Positions 48,432 through 58,414 of a stretch of 64,000 nt of DNA are shown here, one piece after another. The translations under genes were made by a program, and so were the position numbers. Location of the stretch: NCBI GenBank assembly GCA_016180525.1, contig JACPBB010000002.1, forward strand, positions 225,044-289,043, given 5' to 3'. The first letter of the stretch is position 1, and every line of letters begins with the position of its first letter. Below the pieces are notes generated by a model. It had not been told where the DNA came from and ran no database searches. It saw only the letters and a list, made by a program, of their open reading frames with translations. The DNA is from Parcubacteria group bacterium (GTDB taxonomy: Bacteria; Patescibacteriota; Minisyncoccia; Phycocordibacterales; UBA2135).

Positions 48432-49065
48432 GGATTTACTTGCACAAGCAACAAAAGTCGAGCAAACTGCGCAACAGGTTACTTTTTTTGATCCGAATTA
48501 TCTGAATATTCAGTATTTTTTTAATCTGGTCCCCACCTTTTTCAAATGGCTCTTTTCCATAAGTGGAGGAGCATTTTTAGACGGAACTTATATTGACAAA
48601 AGTTCTCTTGAAAATATTTTTTTGTTTTTTTCAGCTGTCCTCCTTTGGGGTAGCATTTATTCATTTTGGAAAATACGAAATATACGGAAAGAACAAAATG
48701 CTCGCTGGAGCGACATTCATATTTCAGCGCTTGAAAATGTCACGAAAACAGAACACAACAGAACCTGGGCCGAGATTCTTGACCGCCTTGATTCGTTTAA
48801 TGAATCCGACTGGAGAAGGGCGATTCTCTCTGCTGACTCCATGCTTGATGAAATGCTTGAGACAATGGGCTATCACGGAGAGACTATCGGAGAGCGGCTG
48901 AAAACGATTGAAGAGAGTGATTTTCTTACGCTTGATAAGGCGTGGGAAGCGCATAAGGTACGCAACCGCATCGCGCACGAGGGAGAGTTTGTGCTCACAA
49001 AACGAGAAGCTCGCCGCGTGATCGATCTCTACAAAGACGTCTTTGAGGAGTTCCATTTTATTTAA
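48430..49065 (+). CDS. Membrane-anchored hypothetical protein with C-terminal RxxxxH (HEPN-like) motif
   Basis: TM, AI..AD..LD, G.T.GERLK and AW.AHKVRNRIAH motifs. Confidence 0.65.
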   Translation: MDLLAQATKVEQTAQQVTFFDPNYLNIQYFFNLVPTFFKWLFSISGGAFLDGTYIDKSSLENIFLFFSAVLLWGSIYSFWKIRNIRKEQNARWSDIHISALENVTKTEHNRTWAEILDRLDSFNESDWRRAILSADSMLDEMLETMGYHGETIGERLKTIEESDFLTLDKAWEAHKVRNRIAHEGEFVLTKREARRVIDLYKDVFEEFHFI

Positions 49066-49106
49066 TACAAAACAAAATGCCCCATATGGGGCATTTTGTT
49101 TTGCTA

Positions 49107-49177
49107 TTGCGGGAGCGGGAATTGAACCCGCTTCTCAAGGTTATGAGCCTTGCGACTTACCGTCCGTCCCTCCCGCG
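49107..49177 (-). tRNA. tRNA-Met(CAU), probable initiator
   Basis: C1:A72 mismatch, anticodon loop CTCATAA, T-arm GCGGG-TTCAATT-CCCGC. Confidence 0.8.
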
Positions 49178-49266
49178 GCATGCTTTGCATCATACTCTGT
49201 TTATAAGAAAGTTTCAATGAGAAAGTATTAAAAGAAAAAGAACCCAGACTAGGTTCTTAAATATGC

Positions 49267-49671
49267 TTATTGCGAGAAACCAAAAGAATAAGAGCAACTT
49301 TTTACGTCATATATAATATCAACTCTTTTTACACCTTTTCCAAACGTGAAATTACCCATTCGTGCTCCGATGCAACCCTCAATGACGATAAAAACGGCAT
49401 ATGCCCCATATGGAACATCATGAAATTGCGCGACGGGCTTATTTCCGGAAACATACTGTTCTTCTACACCGTATCCCCGGTATCCTTTCCAGCTCTCGTC
49501 TCTGATACTTGAAAGCACTGATGTGCCCGTATAGTCTTTTACGAACACCGATACGGTCGCAAATGAATTCTGCGCGGACGCCTCTTCGGAATTGGCATGT
49601 TTTTCAGTCCATCCGAGCGCAAGAAACAGGATAGCAATAATCAAAAGCCCCCGTGATAAAAGTGAATTCAT
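49267..49671 (-). CDS. Exported hypothetical protein
   Basis: Signal peptide; F.DVPYG.Y beta-sandwich-like motif. Confidence 0.6.
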   Translation of the reverse strand: MNSLLSRGLLIIAILFLALGWTEKHANSEEASAQNSFATVSVFVKDYTGTSVLSSIRDESWKGYRGYGVEEQYVSGNKPVAQFHDVPYGAYAVFIVIEGCIGARMGNFTFGKGVKRVDIIYDVKSCSYSFGFSQ

Positions 49672-49770
49672 TTTTTTGCCCCTAATGTTCTATATATATT
49701 CCTATCATGGTCTATTCACGGTTGCAACGGATTGTCTTTCCATATTTTTCATGCTATTTTGTGTTAGAAT

Positions 49771-49843
49771 GTCGGGGTAGCTCAGTTGGTAGAGCATGGG
49801 ACTCATAAACCCAAGGTCGGCGGTTCAATCCCGCCCCCCGACA
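49771..49843 (+). tRNA. tRNA-Met(CAU), probable elongator
   Basis: GTCGGGG...CCCCGAC-A cloverleaf, loop CTCATAA. Confidence 0.88.
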
Positions 49844-49888
49844 CCCTGGACGAGTCACATAAAATTTTTTTATAGAACATAAAACGAT

Positions 49889-49962
49889 GCGGGCGTAGCT
49901 CAGCTGGTTAGAGCGCTTCCCTGTCACGGAAGAGGTCGCGGGTTCAAATCCCGTCGCTCGCG
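49889..49962 (+). tRNA. tRNA-Asp(GUC)
   Basis: CTTCC-CTGTCAC-GGAAG anticodon arm, G73. Confidence 0.93.
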
Positions 49963-50066
49963 CAAAAATAAAGAGGACGAAGTGAAGCTTTGGCAGACTG
50001 TATTTTTATAGACAACAGTCTGAGGCTGTGCTAGTTTGAGGTAAGATATATAAAACGGAGGCACTG

Positions 50067-50453
50067 TTGAACATCCAGCTTGTGAATGAGGCGCGCGAAG
50101 CGGCTGAAGCATTGGAACAGAGTGTATTAGGGCGAATGAAACTGTACTTTGCGAAAAATTTTGGTAAGAAAATATTTCTCTGTTACGAAGGCCCCGAAAA
50201 GCATGAACATTGGACGGGGGAAAATCCTTTTTATCTCTTTTGGTGTCATGTGTGCGAACATTGGGCAAAAAATTATCCGAATGGATTCCCGGAAAAACAA
50301 CGGCTTCACTGTAGCAATTGCGATACGCGTTATAGTTTCATTCAGTTACATACGCGATTTCAAATGCTGCGAGAGTTTTTCAAACTTATTCGTAGTATTC
50401 GTAAAATGAAACGAGAGCAAGGAAGTGGCGGTGGTGGAACAGGTCTTGTGTAA
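50067..50453 (+). CDS. Hypothetical zinc-ribbon protein
   Basis: CHVC and CSNC pairs; GGAGG RBS before TTG; terminator downstream. Confidence 0.6.
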   Translation: MNIQLVNEAREAAEALEQSVLGRMKLYFAKNFGKKIFLCYEGPEKHEHWTGENPFYLFWCHVCEHWAKNYPNGFPEKQRLHCSNCDTRYSFIQLHTRFQMLREFFKLIRSIRKMKREQGSGGGGTGLV

Positions 50454-50601
50454 TTTTTCAAAATTAAAACCCACCCAGACGGTGGGTTTTTGCATAAAAG
50501 TTAAAAATAAAATATTATGGTATTGAGTGCCGATGTAAGAGAATCTTGCATCGGCGGCACTCGGAGAAAATGAAAACAAGTTTTCATTTTACTCCTCGTT
50601 T

Positions 50602-50674
50602 GCCGATGTAGCTCAGATGGTAGAGCAACTCCATGGTAAGGAGTAGGTCGCCGGTTCAATTCCGGCCATCGGCT
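50602..50674 (+). tRNA. tRNA-Thr(GGU)
   Basis: GCCGATG...CATCGGC cloverleaf, loop ATGGTAA. Confidence 0.92.
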
Positions 50675-50679
50675 TCAGT

Positions 50680-50752
50680 GCCACCTTAGCTCAGTTGGTA
50701 GAGCACAGCTTTCGTAAAGCTGGGGTCCGGAGTTCGATCCTCCGAGGTGGCT
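50680..50752 (+). tRNA. tRNA-Thr(CGU)
   Basis: GCCACCT...AGGTGGC cloverleaf, loop TTCGTAA. Confidence 0.92.
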
Positions 50753-50811
50753 TCTAAACTATATTACTAGGAAGTTCGTCGGTTCAGACATGGTATAATG
50801 AAAGTTATAGT

Positions 50812-53439
50812 ATGAAGTTTTTCTTGAACTATCTTAAAATAACACTCTTCTTCTTTTTTTTGATTGCTACCTTTGCGGGCATAGTTTTTGCGAATGCGGA
50901 AGAGGAAGATGATCTATTGGGGCAAACAAGTCTTCGAGCAGTCATTCAAATTGCGGACGAACTTGACCGTTTGCACCCTGAACTTTCCTCTGGTGAAGAG
51001 AATCTGGCGAGTGCTGTAGATGCCGTCTTCTCGGTTCGCAAAGAGGCAGCAGTTGAAGCAACCGCGCTCGGTAGACAGCTTGAAAATGTTCTGGATGATT
51101 TTAAAGGGAATCTTATAGATGTCGATTCTTTTTCTGACGAGGATTTGCCGATTGATGAAAATAAAATCATTAAAGTTTTTATTCTTGATGATGGGGCGGC
51201 ATGTGACGATCCAGACATTGTTTATGTAAGTAAGATATCAATGGGAGATACTTCAGAATGTAGCTCCAGTGGACATGGCGCAACAGTCTCACGCCTTTTT
51301 GTAGACACGGCCAAACAATTACACATTGACAATCATATAGAGCTTTACTCGATACGCACTTTTAATGAAGAAGGATATGCAGTGTGGGAAAATGAAGCAA
51401 TTCGTTATGCAGTGGATAATGGAGCGGATGTCATCAATTTATCAACTGGTTTTTATCTGTTACAAGACGAAGAAGGAAACTTTTTACTGAACCAGGACGA
51501 AGAAGGTAATTTTATACCGGATACCTATAGTGAAAGTTTCTTGGGAGCGGAAGCACTTGATTATGCGCATGGCAAAGGGGTTACTATAGTTACTGCTGCT
51601 GGCAATACTTCCGGCCTTCTCCGGGATTATGGGAAATTCCATCCGGCGTCTATCAGCGTTGGAGCGCTTGATAAGGACGGGAAACCTGCACATTGGCGCT
51701 TTGCTCTCATTGGCACAAGCGGATTGATATTTGGTGAGTCAGCGTCTTTTTTTGCCAACGGAGATGGATACGATATTGTTGAATCGACAGGTGAAATAGA
51801 AGGTGGCACATCTTTTGCGAGCCCCCGCGTCGCGGCTGTTGTTGCACAGGTAAAATTAAAACCAACAAATTCTTTCTACGACATAAATCAAAATGGGAGA
51901 TGGGACACTCCAGAAGTCGAATTTTATATACGAGTGAACCTGAATCGTTCCGAGTATGCGCCACTTCAGTTGAAAGACGGCATAAATGTGGGAGAAGAAT
52001 ACTGGGGGACTAAAAGTGATCTAGTAGATCAGATACAGCTACTTGCCTTCGATGGATTTAGGGACCCATCAACAGAAGATGTGCTGGCGTTACGAGAGTT
52101 GCTTGACGGATTTTTCATAAAATTATGGGAGGTTATTGGGGACAGAGTTGGACAAACGGAAGAGTTGCAGACGCTAAAAGAAGGAGCGAAAGAGAGAGTT
52201 GCTGCAGTCGGGTTTTTTGACTTTTCTCCGCTTCGCGATCTGCTTTCTTATCTTTTTCCATTTTTTGATGAACGGCCGGCAGATGACCTTTATGTAATTC
52301 AAAATTCTCGCCCAACTTCCTTTTATGGTTTTATAATTCAAGGATTTAATTATTTACAAAAGCCTTTTAATGAACGCGCACGCAAAAGAGAATTTTCTGG
52401 CGCCACCGGTTTGTATACCATTCAATATGTAGACAGTCTTATTGATGAATCACTGGAAAAAATATATGGTGCGGACAGGGTATTGCTTGACAGTATTTTG
52501 CGTCTCGGTGTTTCAGATGTTTCTTTGCGATCAAATGCAAGAGTAGAGACGTTGTTTACTGCAATGACTGAAACTGAAGCGGCTCTTCAAAATGATATTT
52601 TTGCGGCGATTGCCCGATTTGAAGAAGATGTCACTACTGAAGAAGCCGATGATATCGCCGCTGAATCTAGAAAAGAAATCATCCCTGAAAAATCACAGGC
52701 CACTGAAGACGTGTCAAAACAAGGACGACCCGCGATTTATTTTACAGCCGTGCCACATGGTTCTGGAGAGGTAATGCTTAAGTGGGAAACATCAGGGGCG
52801 CGAATCTGTACGGGATACAATTTTGAAACAGGAGGGAAGACAGACGGGGAAGTTGTTGTTTCTTTGCCTAAAGAAACCACTACATACGCGCTAACATGTT
52901 TAGCGGGCAATGGGAATTCAGCCCATTACTCAATTAATGTATCATCGACTCAACAAGGGTCTCTAAATTCCACTACGCCACCCACCTTCGCACCGTCGGC
53001 GCTAGCACCTACAATAGAATTGAAATCTTTATCTGACTTTACCGGTCGCAATACCACGCTCTCGTGGGAGAGTGAAAATACAGCTGTTTGTATTGGAGCA
53101 AATTTTGATACTGGCGGAAAGACATCAGGATCTGTACAAGTAACACAAACAGAAAACACGGAATATAAAATAACCTGTGTAGGCTCCGGGGGTTCGCAAA
53201 CGAGAGCTGTGGCCGTTGAGGTTTTAAAAGAGGCTGAACTGCCCAAAAACCCGACTATTACGCTCTCTCAAAAAAGTGGAAATATTATTCTCACCTGGAG
53301 CGCGCCCTCCGCAAACTGCGCGATTCGCGGCACCGACGGATTTGAATATAAAACAGAAGCAACATCGGGCTCGGTGAATGCCGGTCCTTTGAAATCCGGA
53401 ATAAACTACACAATAGAGTGTCAGGTGGAGCGGCAATAA
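50812..53439 (+). CDS. Exported S8 (subtilisin-like) peptidase with C-terminal Ig-like repeats
   Basis: Catalytic ILDDG, HGATV, AAGN and GTSFASP; three L.W....C...Y..TC repeats. Confidence 0.82.
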   Translation: MKFFLNYLKITLFFFFLIATFAGIVFANAEEEDDLLGQTSLRAVIQIADELDRLHPELSSGEENLASAVDAVFSVRKEAAVEATALGRQLENVLDDFKGNLIDVDSFSDEDLPIDENKIIKVFILDDGAACDDPDIVYVSKISMGDTSECSSSGHGATVSRLFVDTAKQLHIDNHIELYSIRTFNEEGYAVWENEAIRYAVDNGADVINLSTGFYLLQDEEGNFLLNQDEEGNFIPDTYSESFLGAEALDYAHGKGVTIVTAAGNTSGLLRDYGKFHPASISVGALDKDGKPAHWRFALIGTSGLIFGESASFFANGDGYDIVESTGEIEGGTSFASPRVAAVVAQVKLKPTNSFYDINQNGRWDTPEVEFYIRVNLNRSEYAPLQLKDGINVGEEYWGTKSDLVDQIQLLAFDGFRDPSTEDVLALRELLDGFFIKLWEVIGDRVGQTEELQTLKEGAKERVAAVGFFDFSPLRDLLSYLFPFFDERPADDLYVIQNSRPTSFYGFIIQGFNYLQKPFNERARKREFSGATGLYTIQYVDSLIDESLEKIYGADRVLLDSILRLGVSDVSLRSNARVETLFTAMTETEAALQNDIFAAIARFEEDVTTEEADDIAAESRKEIIPEKSQATEDVSKQGRPAIYFTAVPHGSGEVMLKWETSGARICTGYNFETGGKTDGEVVVSLPKETTTYALTCLAGNGNSAHYSINVSSTQQGSLNSTTPPTFAPSALAPTIELKSLSDFTGRNTTLSWESENTAVCIGANFDTGGKTSGSVQVTQTENTEYKITCVGSGGSQTRAVAVEVLKEAELPKNPTITLSQKSGNIILTWSAPSANCAIRGTDGFEYKTEATSGSVNAGPLKSGINYTIECQVERQ

Positions 53440-53533
53440 AATATCTCGCCGTAAGCGGCACTTTTTTCAATTAAGAACAATAACCTACCCTCGCGTAGGT
53501 TTTTTCTTTGGCATTTTTTGCTATACTGCTTTC

Positions 53534-54415
53534 ATGGTCAATGATAAAAAAGCAATAGAGGCGCGCATACAGGCGATAGAAGAGGAAATGTCTATAGCCG
53601 ATTTTTGGAATAACAAAGAAAAAGCGCATGAAATGGTAAAAGAGTTAAACGAACTTAAGGCAAAAGCCGTAGGAGTAAATAAGTATGACAAAGGACACGC
53701 GATTATAACTATTTTTTCAGGGGCCGGAGGAGACGATGCGGAGGATTTTTCCCGCATGCTCTATGATATGTATCTCAAATACATTGAACGGCAAGGGTGG
53801 GGAGTTCGGCTATTGCACAAAAATGAAAATAATCATAACGGGTTTCGCAACGTGACTGTTGAGGTTGAGGGAAAAAATGCATATGGCACCCTTAAAAACG
53901 AATCAGGCGTACACCGGCTTGTGCGTGTCTCTCCTTTTTCCGCGAAAAAACTTCGCCATACGTCATTTTCAATGGTTGAGGTTATTCCCAAAATAGAAAA
54001 AAAAGAGATTGATATTTCACCGAATGACATCAAAATAGAGTTTGCTCGCTCAAGCGGGCCGGGTGGACAGAACGTAAACAAGCGGGAAACGGCTGTTCGT
54101 ATTGTTCATATTCCGACAAACATTTCCGTTCATGTTGATTCAGAGAGAAGCCAGGAAAGCAACCGCCAAAAAGCATTGGAAATTTTAAAAGGTAAGCTTT
54201 TTGTGCGGGCGGAGAAAGAACGGGCGAAAGAAGACGCGGGCTTTCATGTTTCAAAAACAACGGAGGCGGAATGGGGCAATCAAATGCGCTCGTACGTGCT
54301 CCACCCCTATAAAATGGTTAAAGACCATCGAAGCGGGGTTGAGGTAAGGGATACAGATGCGGTATTATTAGAAGGACGGCTAGATGAGTTTATTGAAAAA
54401 GAACGAGATCTTTAG
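53534..54415 (+). CDS. prfB: Peptide chain release factor 2 (short N-terminus)
   Basis: SPF tripeptide, GPGGQNVNK and WGNQMRSYVLHPY motifs. Confidence 0.93.
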   Translation: MVNDKKAIEARIQAIEEEMSIADFWNNKEKAHEMVKELNELKAKAVGVNKYDKGHAIITIFSGAGGDDAEDFSRMLYDMYLKYIERQGWGVRLLHKNENNHNGFRNVTVEVEGKNAYGTLKNESGVHRLVRVSPFSAKKLRHTSFSMVEVIPKIEKKEIDISPNDIKIEFARSSGPGGQNVNKRETAVRIVHIPTNISVHVDSERSQESNRQKALEILKGKLFVRAEKERAKEDAGFHVSKTTEAEWGNQMRSYVLHPYKMVKDHRSGVEVRDTDAVLLEGRLDEFIEKERDL

Positions 54416-54534
54416 ATTGAGTATCTTTTTCAATAACCCCCTCTTTTTAGATTCTTCTAAATTTAAAAGAGGAACTCAAAAAGAGGGGGTGCTCAATTTT
54501 GCAATTACTCACTCCGTTCGTAAACAAAATTGGC

Positions 54535-55215
54535 ATGATTCACTACGACAAAGTTTCTAAAATTTATTCCGACAACTCCATCGCGCTTGATGACGTGAAT
54601 CTTTCAATTGAGCCGGGAGAATTTGTTTCTGTCGTGGGTCAGTCGGGTGCGGGAAAAACAACATTATTGAAAATGCTTTTAGCGGAGGAGCGACCCTCGC
54701 AAGGGAGTGTTTTTTTTGAGTCTGTTGATATCCACGCGCTTCCGCACAAACACATCCCTTCGTTCCGCCGCAGGATTGGTGTCATATTCCAGGACTTCCG
54801 GCTCTTGCCTCACAAGACGGCATATGAAAACATCGCCTTTGCGATGGAGGTTGCGGGTCGTACTGATGAAGAAATTGCCTCCGATGTTCCACATGTGCTT
54901 GACCTCGTGGACCTTGGAAACAAAATGTGGAATTTTCCAAGCGAGCTCTCCGGCGGGGAAAAACAGCGCATCGCAATCGCTCGCGCGATTATTAATCAGC
55001 CCGATGTAATTATTGCTGATGAGCCGACGGGAAATTTAGACCCCTTGAACACTCGTGAGATTATTGAAATTTTAAATAAGATTCATGAGATGGGGACGAC
55101 AGTGCTCCTCACGACGCACAATAAAGGGGTTATTGATGCTCTGCGCAAAAGAGTCATTACCATGGATAAAGGAAGGATTGTCCGCGACGATAAATCGGGA
55201 AGATATGTGCTGTAA
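54535..55215 (+). CDS. ftsE: Cell division ATP-binding protein FtsE
   Basis: GQSGAGKT, FQDFRLL, LSGGE and ADEPTGNLD motifs; upstream of ftsX. Confidence 0.93.
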   Translation: MIHYDKVSKIYSDNSIALDDVNLSIEPGEFVSVVGQSGAGKTTLLKMLLAEERPSQGSVFFESVDIHALPHKHIPSFRRRIGVIFQDFRLLPHKTAYENIAFAMEVAGRTDEEIASDVPHVLDLVDLGNKMWNFPSELSGGEKQRIAIARAIINQPDVIIADEPTGNLDPLNTREIIEILNKIHEMGTTVLLTTHNKGVIDALRKRVITMDKGRIVRDDKSGRYVL

Positions 55216-55224
55216 TTTACGTTA

Positions 55225-55276
55225 AGGCACTAGGCGTTAGGAAAAAATAAAAATATTCCTAAAGCCTAAAGCCTAG
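55225..55276 (+). repeat. Heptamer-repeat hairpin just before the ftsX start
   Basis: AGGCACTAGGCGTTAGG...TTCCTAAAGCCTAAAGCCTAG. Confidence 0.8.
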
Positions 55277-55280
55277 TTTT

Positions 55281-56225
55281 ATGTTTTGGATAAATATTAA
55301 AAGAATCATACGGTCGGGGTTTGTTAATTTTTGGAGAAATGGCTTTGTTTCCCTCGCCTCAATTCTCGTTATTACCATAACGCTGTTTCTTATCGGCTCC
55401 CTTATTTTTTTTAGCGCCGTTTTGAATTTTGCCCTTGATGAGCTTCGCAATAAAGTAGATATTAATGTTTACTTTACAACCGCCGCGCCAGAAGGGGATA
55501 TTTTAGCACTTAAGGGGAATTTAGAATCTCTCACGGAAGTTTCTTCCGTAGCGTATATTTCCCGCGACGAAGCCCTTGCCGAGTTTCGTACGCGGCATGA
55601 AAATGATTTTTTGACGCTTCAGGCTCTTGAAGAATTGGGAGAAAATCCGCTTGGTGCGAGTTTCAATATTCGTGCGACGGAGACTTCTCAATACGAATCA
55701 ATCGCGCGGTTTCTTGAAAATGTGGGTCCATCCGCGGAGGGGAACTCGTCAATCATTGATTCAATAAACTACAATCAAAATAAAGTTGCCATTGAGCGAC
55801 TGGGCAGAGTCATTGACGGGGCCGAAACACTCGGTATTGCTATTATTGTTGTCATGGCCGCTATTTCTATTGTCATTGTGTTTAACACCGTGCGTTTGGC
55901 AATTTATACCTCGCGCGAGGAAATCAGTGTCATGCGGCTTGTAGGAGCAGAGAACAGATTTATCCGCGGGCCATTTATGATTGAGGGGTTTTTGTATGGT
56001 ATTTTTTCCGCAGTCGTATCTCTTATTATTTTTTATCCGGTTACCGCGTGGATGGGGGGAGCAACGGAACGGTTTTTCGGAGGCATCAACGTGTTTGATT
56101 ATTACATAGCAAATTTCGGACAGATTTTTCTCATTATCACGGTCTCTGGAATTGTGCTCGGTGTTATTTCAAGTTATATCGCCGTACGAAGGTATTTGGG
56201 GGGAAAATATTATCAAGTAAAATAA
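55281..56225 (+). CDS. ftsX: Cell division permease FtsX
   Basis: NPL, NTVRL.I..REEI.VM.LVGA...FI.GPF..EG motifs. Confidence 0.93.
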   Translation: MFWINIKRIIRSGFVNFWRNGFVSLASILVITITLFLIGSLIFFSAVLNFALDELRNKVDINVYFTTAAPEGDILALKGNLESLTEVSSVAYISRDEALAEFRTRHENDFLTLQALEELGENPLGASFNIRATETSQYESIARFLENVGPSAEGNSSIIDSINYNQNKVAIERLGRVIDGAETLGIAIIVVMAAISIVIVFNTVRLAIYTSREEISVMRLVGAENRFIRGPFMIEGFLYGIFSAVVSLIIFYPVTAWMGGATERFFGGINVFDYYIANFGQIFLIITVSGIVLGVISSYIAVRRYLGGKYYQVK

Positions 56226-56258
56226 TGAGCGAAGCGAATATATTTTAACAACATTGGC

Positions 56259-57899
56259 ATGAAAAAATCTCGTAAATATATATTCGTCATCGGAGGTGTA
56301 ATGTCGGGCGTTGGCAAGGGTATTGCCACCGCCTCTATTTCTAAAATATTGGAGGCGCGCGGGCTCTCTGTAAACGCCATCAAAGTTGACCCGTATTTAA
56401 ACGTTGACGCCGGCACTATGAATCCAACCGAGCACGGAGAGGTGTTTGTTTTAAAAAGCGGGCTTGAGTGTGATCAGGATATGGGCAACTACGAGCGTTT
56501 TTTGGGGAAAGATTTAAAGGATGATTTTTATGTCACGAGCGGCATGGTGTACAAAAGTGTCATAGACAGAGAGCGGAGTCTCGGATATAAGGGAAAGTGC
56601 GTTGAGGCCATACCGCATGTTCGGGATGAGATAACTCGTCGGTTCAAGCGTGGCGTTGATTTAAACAACGCGGATGTTGCCGTGATTGAAATCGGTGGCA
56701 CCGTTGGCGATTACCAAAACGTCATGTTTATTGAAGCCGCGCGCGTGCTCAAAGTTGAAAATCCTAATGATGTGCTTTTCGTGCTCGTAACATACCTTCC
56801 GATACCTAAAATGATAGGAGAAATGAAAACGCGTCCGACGCAAAACGCCGTGCGCCAGCTTAACTCATATGGCGTTCAGCCCGATGTGATCATCGCGCGA
56901 AGCGAAGCGCCGCTTGATAAACGGAGAAAAGAGAAGATTGCCGTTTCCTGCAATGTCCTCTCCGAATATGTTATCTCCGCGCCTGATGTAGAGAGTGTGT
57001 ATGATGTGCCGATTAATTTTGAAAAAGATAAAATCGGAGAGATGCTATTGCGGAAATTACAACTCAAAATATCTCGGCGGAAGAGCGACATGGGAGGCTG
57101 GAAGCGTTTTGTTTCTAAAGTAAAGGGCGCGAGAAAGAGCGTGAAGATCGCGCTTATCGGCAAATATTTTGATACGGGAGATTTTGTGCTCTCCGACTCC
57201 TACATTTCCGTTATAGAGGCACTTAAAATATCGGCATATACGCAAGGGAGAAAGCCGGAGCTCACATGGCTCTCCGCCGAGGAATTTGAGAAAAATTCCC
57301 GCGCGCTCCGGAAATTGGATTCATTTGACGGCATCGTGGTGCCGGGAGGGTTTGGTAGCCGCGGCATTCTCGGGAAAATAAAGGTTATTGAATACGTGCG
57401 TAAGAAAAAAATTCCGTATCTCGGGCTTTGCTACGGCATGCAGCTTGCGGTGGTTGAGTTTGCCCGTAATGTTGCCAAATTAAAACGGGCGCATACGACT
57501 GAGATTTTGTCGCAGACCCCGCATCCGGTGATTGACATCATGCCTGAACAGAAAAAGATTGTCGCCGATGAGAATTACGGTGGCACAATGCGGCTTGGCG
57601 AATACGTAGCGCTTCTTAAAAAGGGAACGATTGCACGGAATGCCTATGGCAAAGAAACCGCGCATGAGCGGCACCGGCATCGCTTTGAAGTAAACCCAAA
57701 CTATATTAAACGGCTGGAGAAAGCGGGAATTGTGTTTTCTGGCGCCTCACCTGACGGAAAACTTATGGAAATAGTGGAGCTTCCTAAAAAAGTACATCCA
57801 TTTTTCCTCGGCACGCAGTTTCACCCCGAGTTTCAGGCGCGACCACTCTCTCCGCATCCGCTTTTTACGGAGTTTATAAAAGCGGCAATCAAAAAGTAA
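56259..57899 (+). CDS. pyrG: CTP synthase
   Basis: GGVMSGVGKG, DPYLNVDAGTM.P.EHGE, GLCYGMQ and QFHPE motifs. Confidence 0.97.
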   Translation: MKKSRKYIFVIGGVMSGVGKGIATASISKILEARGLSVNAIKVDPYLNVDAGTMNPTEHGEVFVLKSGLECDQDMGNYERFLGKDLKDDFYVTSGMVYKSVIDRERSLGYKGKCVEAIPHVRDEITRRFKRGVDLNNADVAVIEIGGTVGDYQNVMFIEAARVLKVENPNDVLFVLVTYLPIPKMIGEMKTRPTQNAVRQLNSYGVQPDVIIARSEAPLDKRRKEKIAVSCNVLSEYVISAPDVESVYDVPINFEKDKIGEMLLRKLQLKISRRKSDMGGWKRFVSKVKGARKSVKIALIGKYFDTGDFVLSDSYISVIEALKISAYTQGRKPELTWLSAEEFEKNSRALRKLDSFDGIVVPGGFGSRGILGKIKVIEYVRKKKIPYLGLCYGMQLAVVEFARNVAKLKRAHTTEILSQTPHPVIDIMPEQKKIVADENYGGTMRLGEYVALLKKGTIARNAYGKETAHERHRHRFEVNPNYIKRLEKAGIVFSGASPDGKLMEIVELPKKVHPFFLGTQFHPEFQARPLSPHPLFTEFIKAAIKK

Positions 57900-57922
57900 G
57901 AAAAGACCATTATCGTATCTCA

Positions 57923-57966
57923 TTACAGACATCCTAATATTCTGGAGAATATTAGGATGTCTGTAA
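57923..57966. repeat. REP-like palindrome (core CTAATATTC-TGGA-GAATATTAG), copy 2
   Basis: 20-bp perfect stem. Confidence 0.75.
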
Positions 57967-57972
57967 AAAGCG

Positions 57973-58323
57973 ATGTCTTCAAATTCCGAATATCACGACT
58001 ATATTGTGCACGATGTACTCGGAGGCATTCCGGGCATCACGTCGCGCAAAATGTTTTCCGGCTTTGGAATATACAAAGACGGGATTGTGTTTGCCATCAT
58101 TGCCGATGGCGATTTGTATTTCAGGACCGACGATAAGAATCGTCCTGATTTTGAAAAATATGGAAGCGAGCCGTTTTCATATCCGCGCGCGGGGAAAACC
58201 GCGACATTAAAAAATTACTGGCGCCTGCCGGAGGAAATAATGGAAGACAAAGAAAAAATTTTTGATTGGGTAGAGGAGGCTGTGCGCGCAAGTGTTGAGC
58301 GGCAAAAGAAAAAGACCTCATAG
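57973..58323 (+). CDS. TfoX/Sxy N-terminal domain protein
   Basis: RKMFSGFGIY.DG..FA....LYF motif, PF.Y and YW..P. Confidence 0.85.
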   Translation: MSSNSEYHDYIVHDVLGGIPGITSRKMFSGFGIYKDGIVFAIIADGDLYFRTDDKNRPDFEKYGSEPFSYPRAGKTATLKNYWRLPEEIMEDKEKIFDWVEEAVRASVERQKKKTS

Positions 58324-58414
58324 AAAAGAGGTTTTTTATTTGACAATTATTGTGCAAATTGCTCTACTCTATATTAGATTGTTTGCTTAGCAATATGTAC
58401 AGAGGAGGTCTGTA

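Noticed and set aside
51460-51515. QDEEGNF duplication in the S8 peptidase
   Set aside because: A short in-frame loop duplication with no wider pattern.
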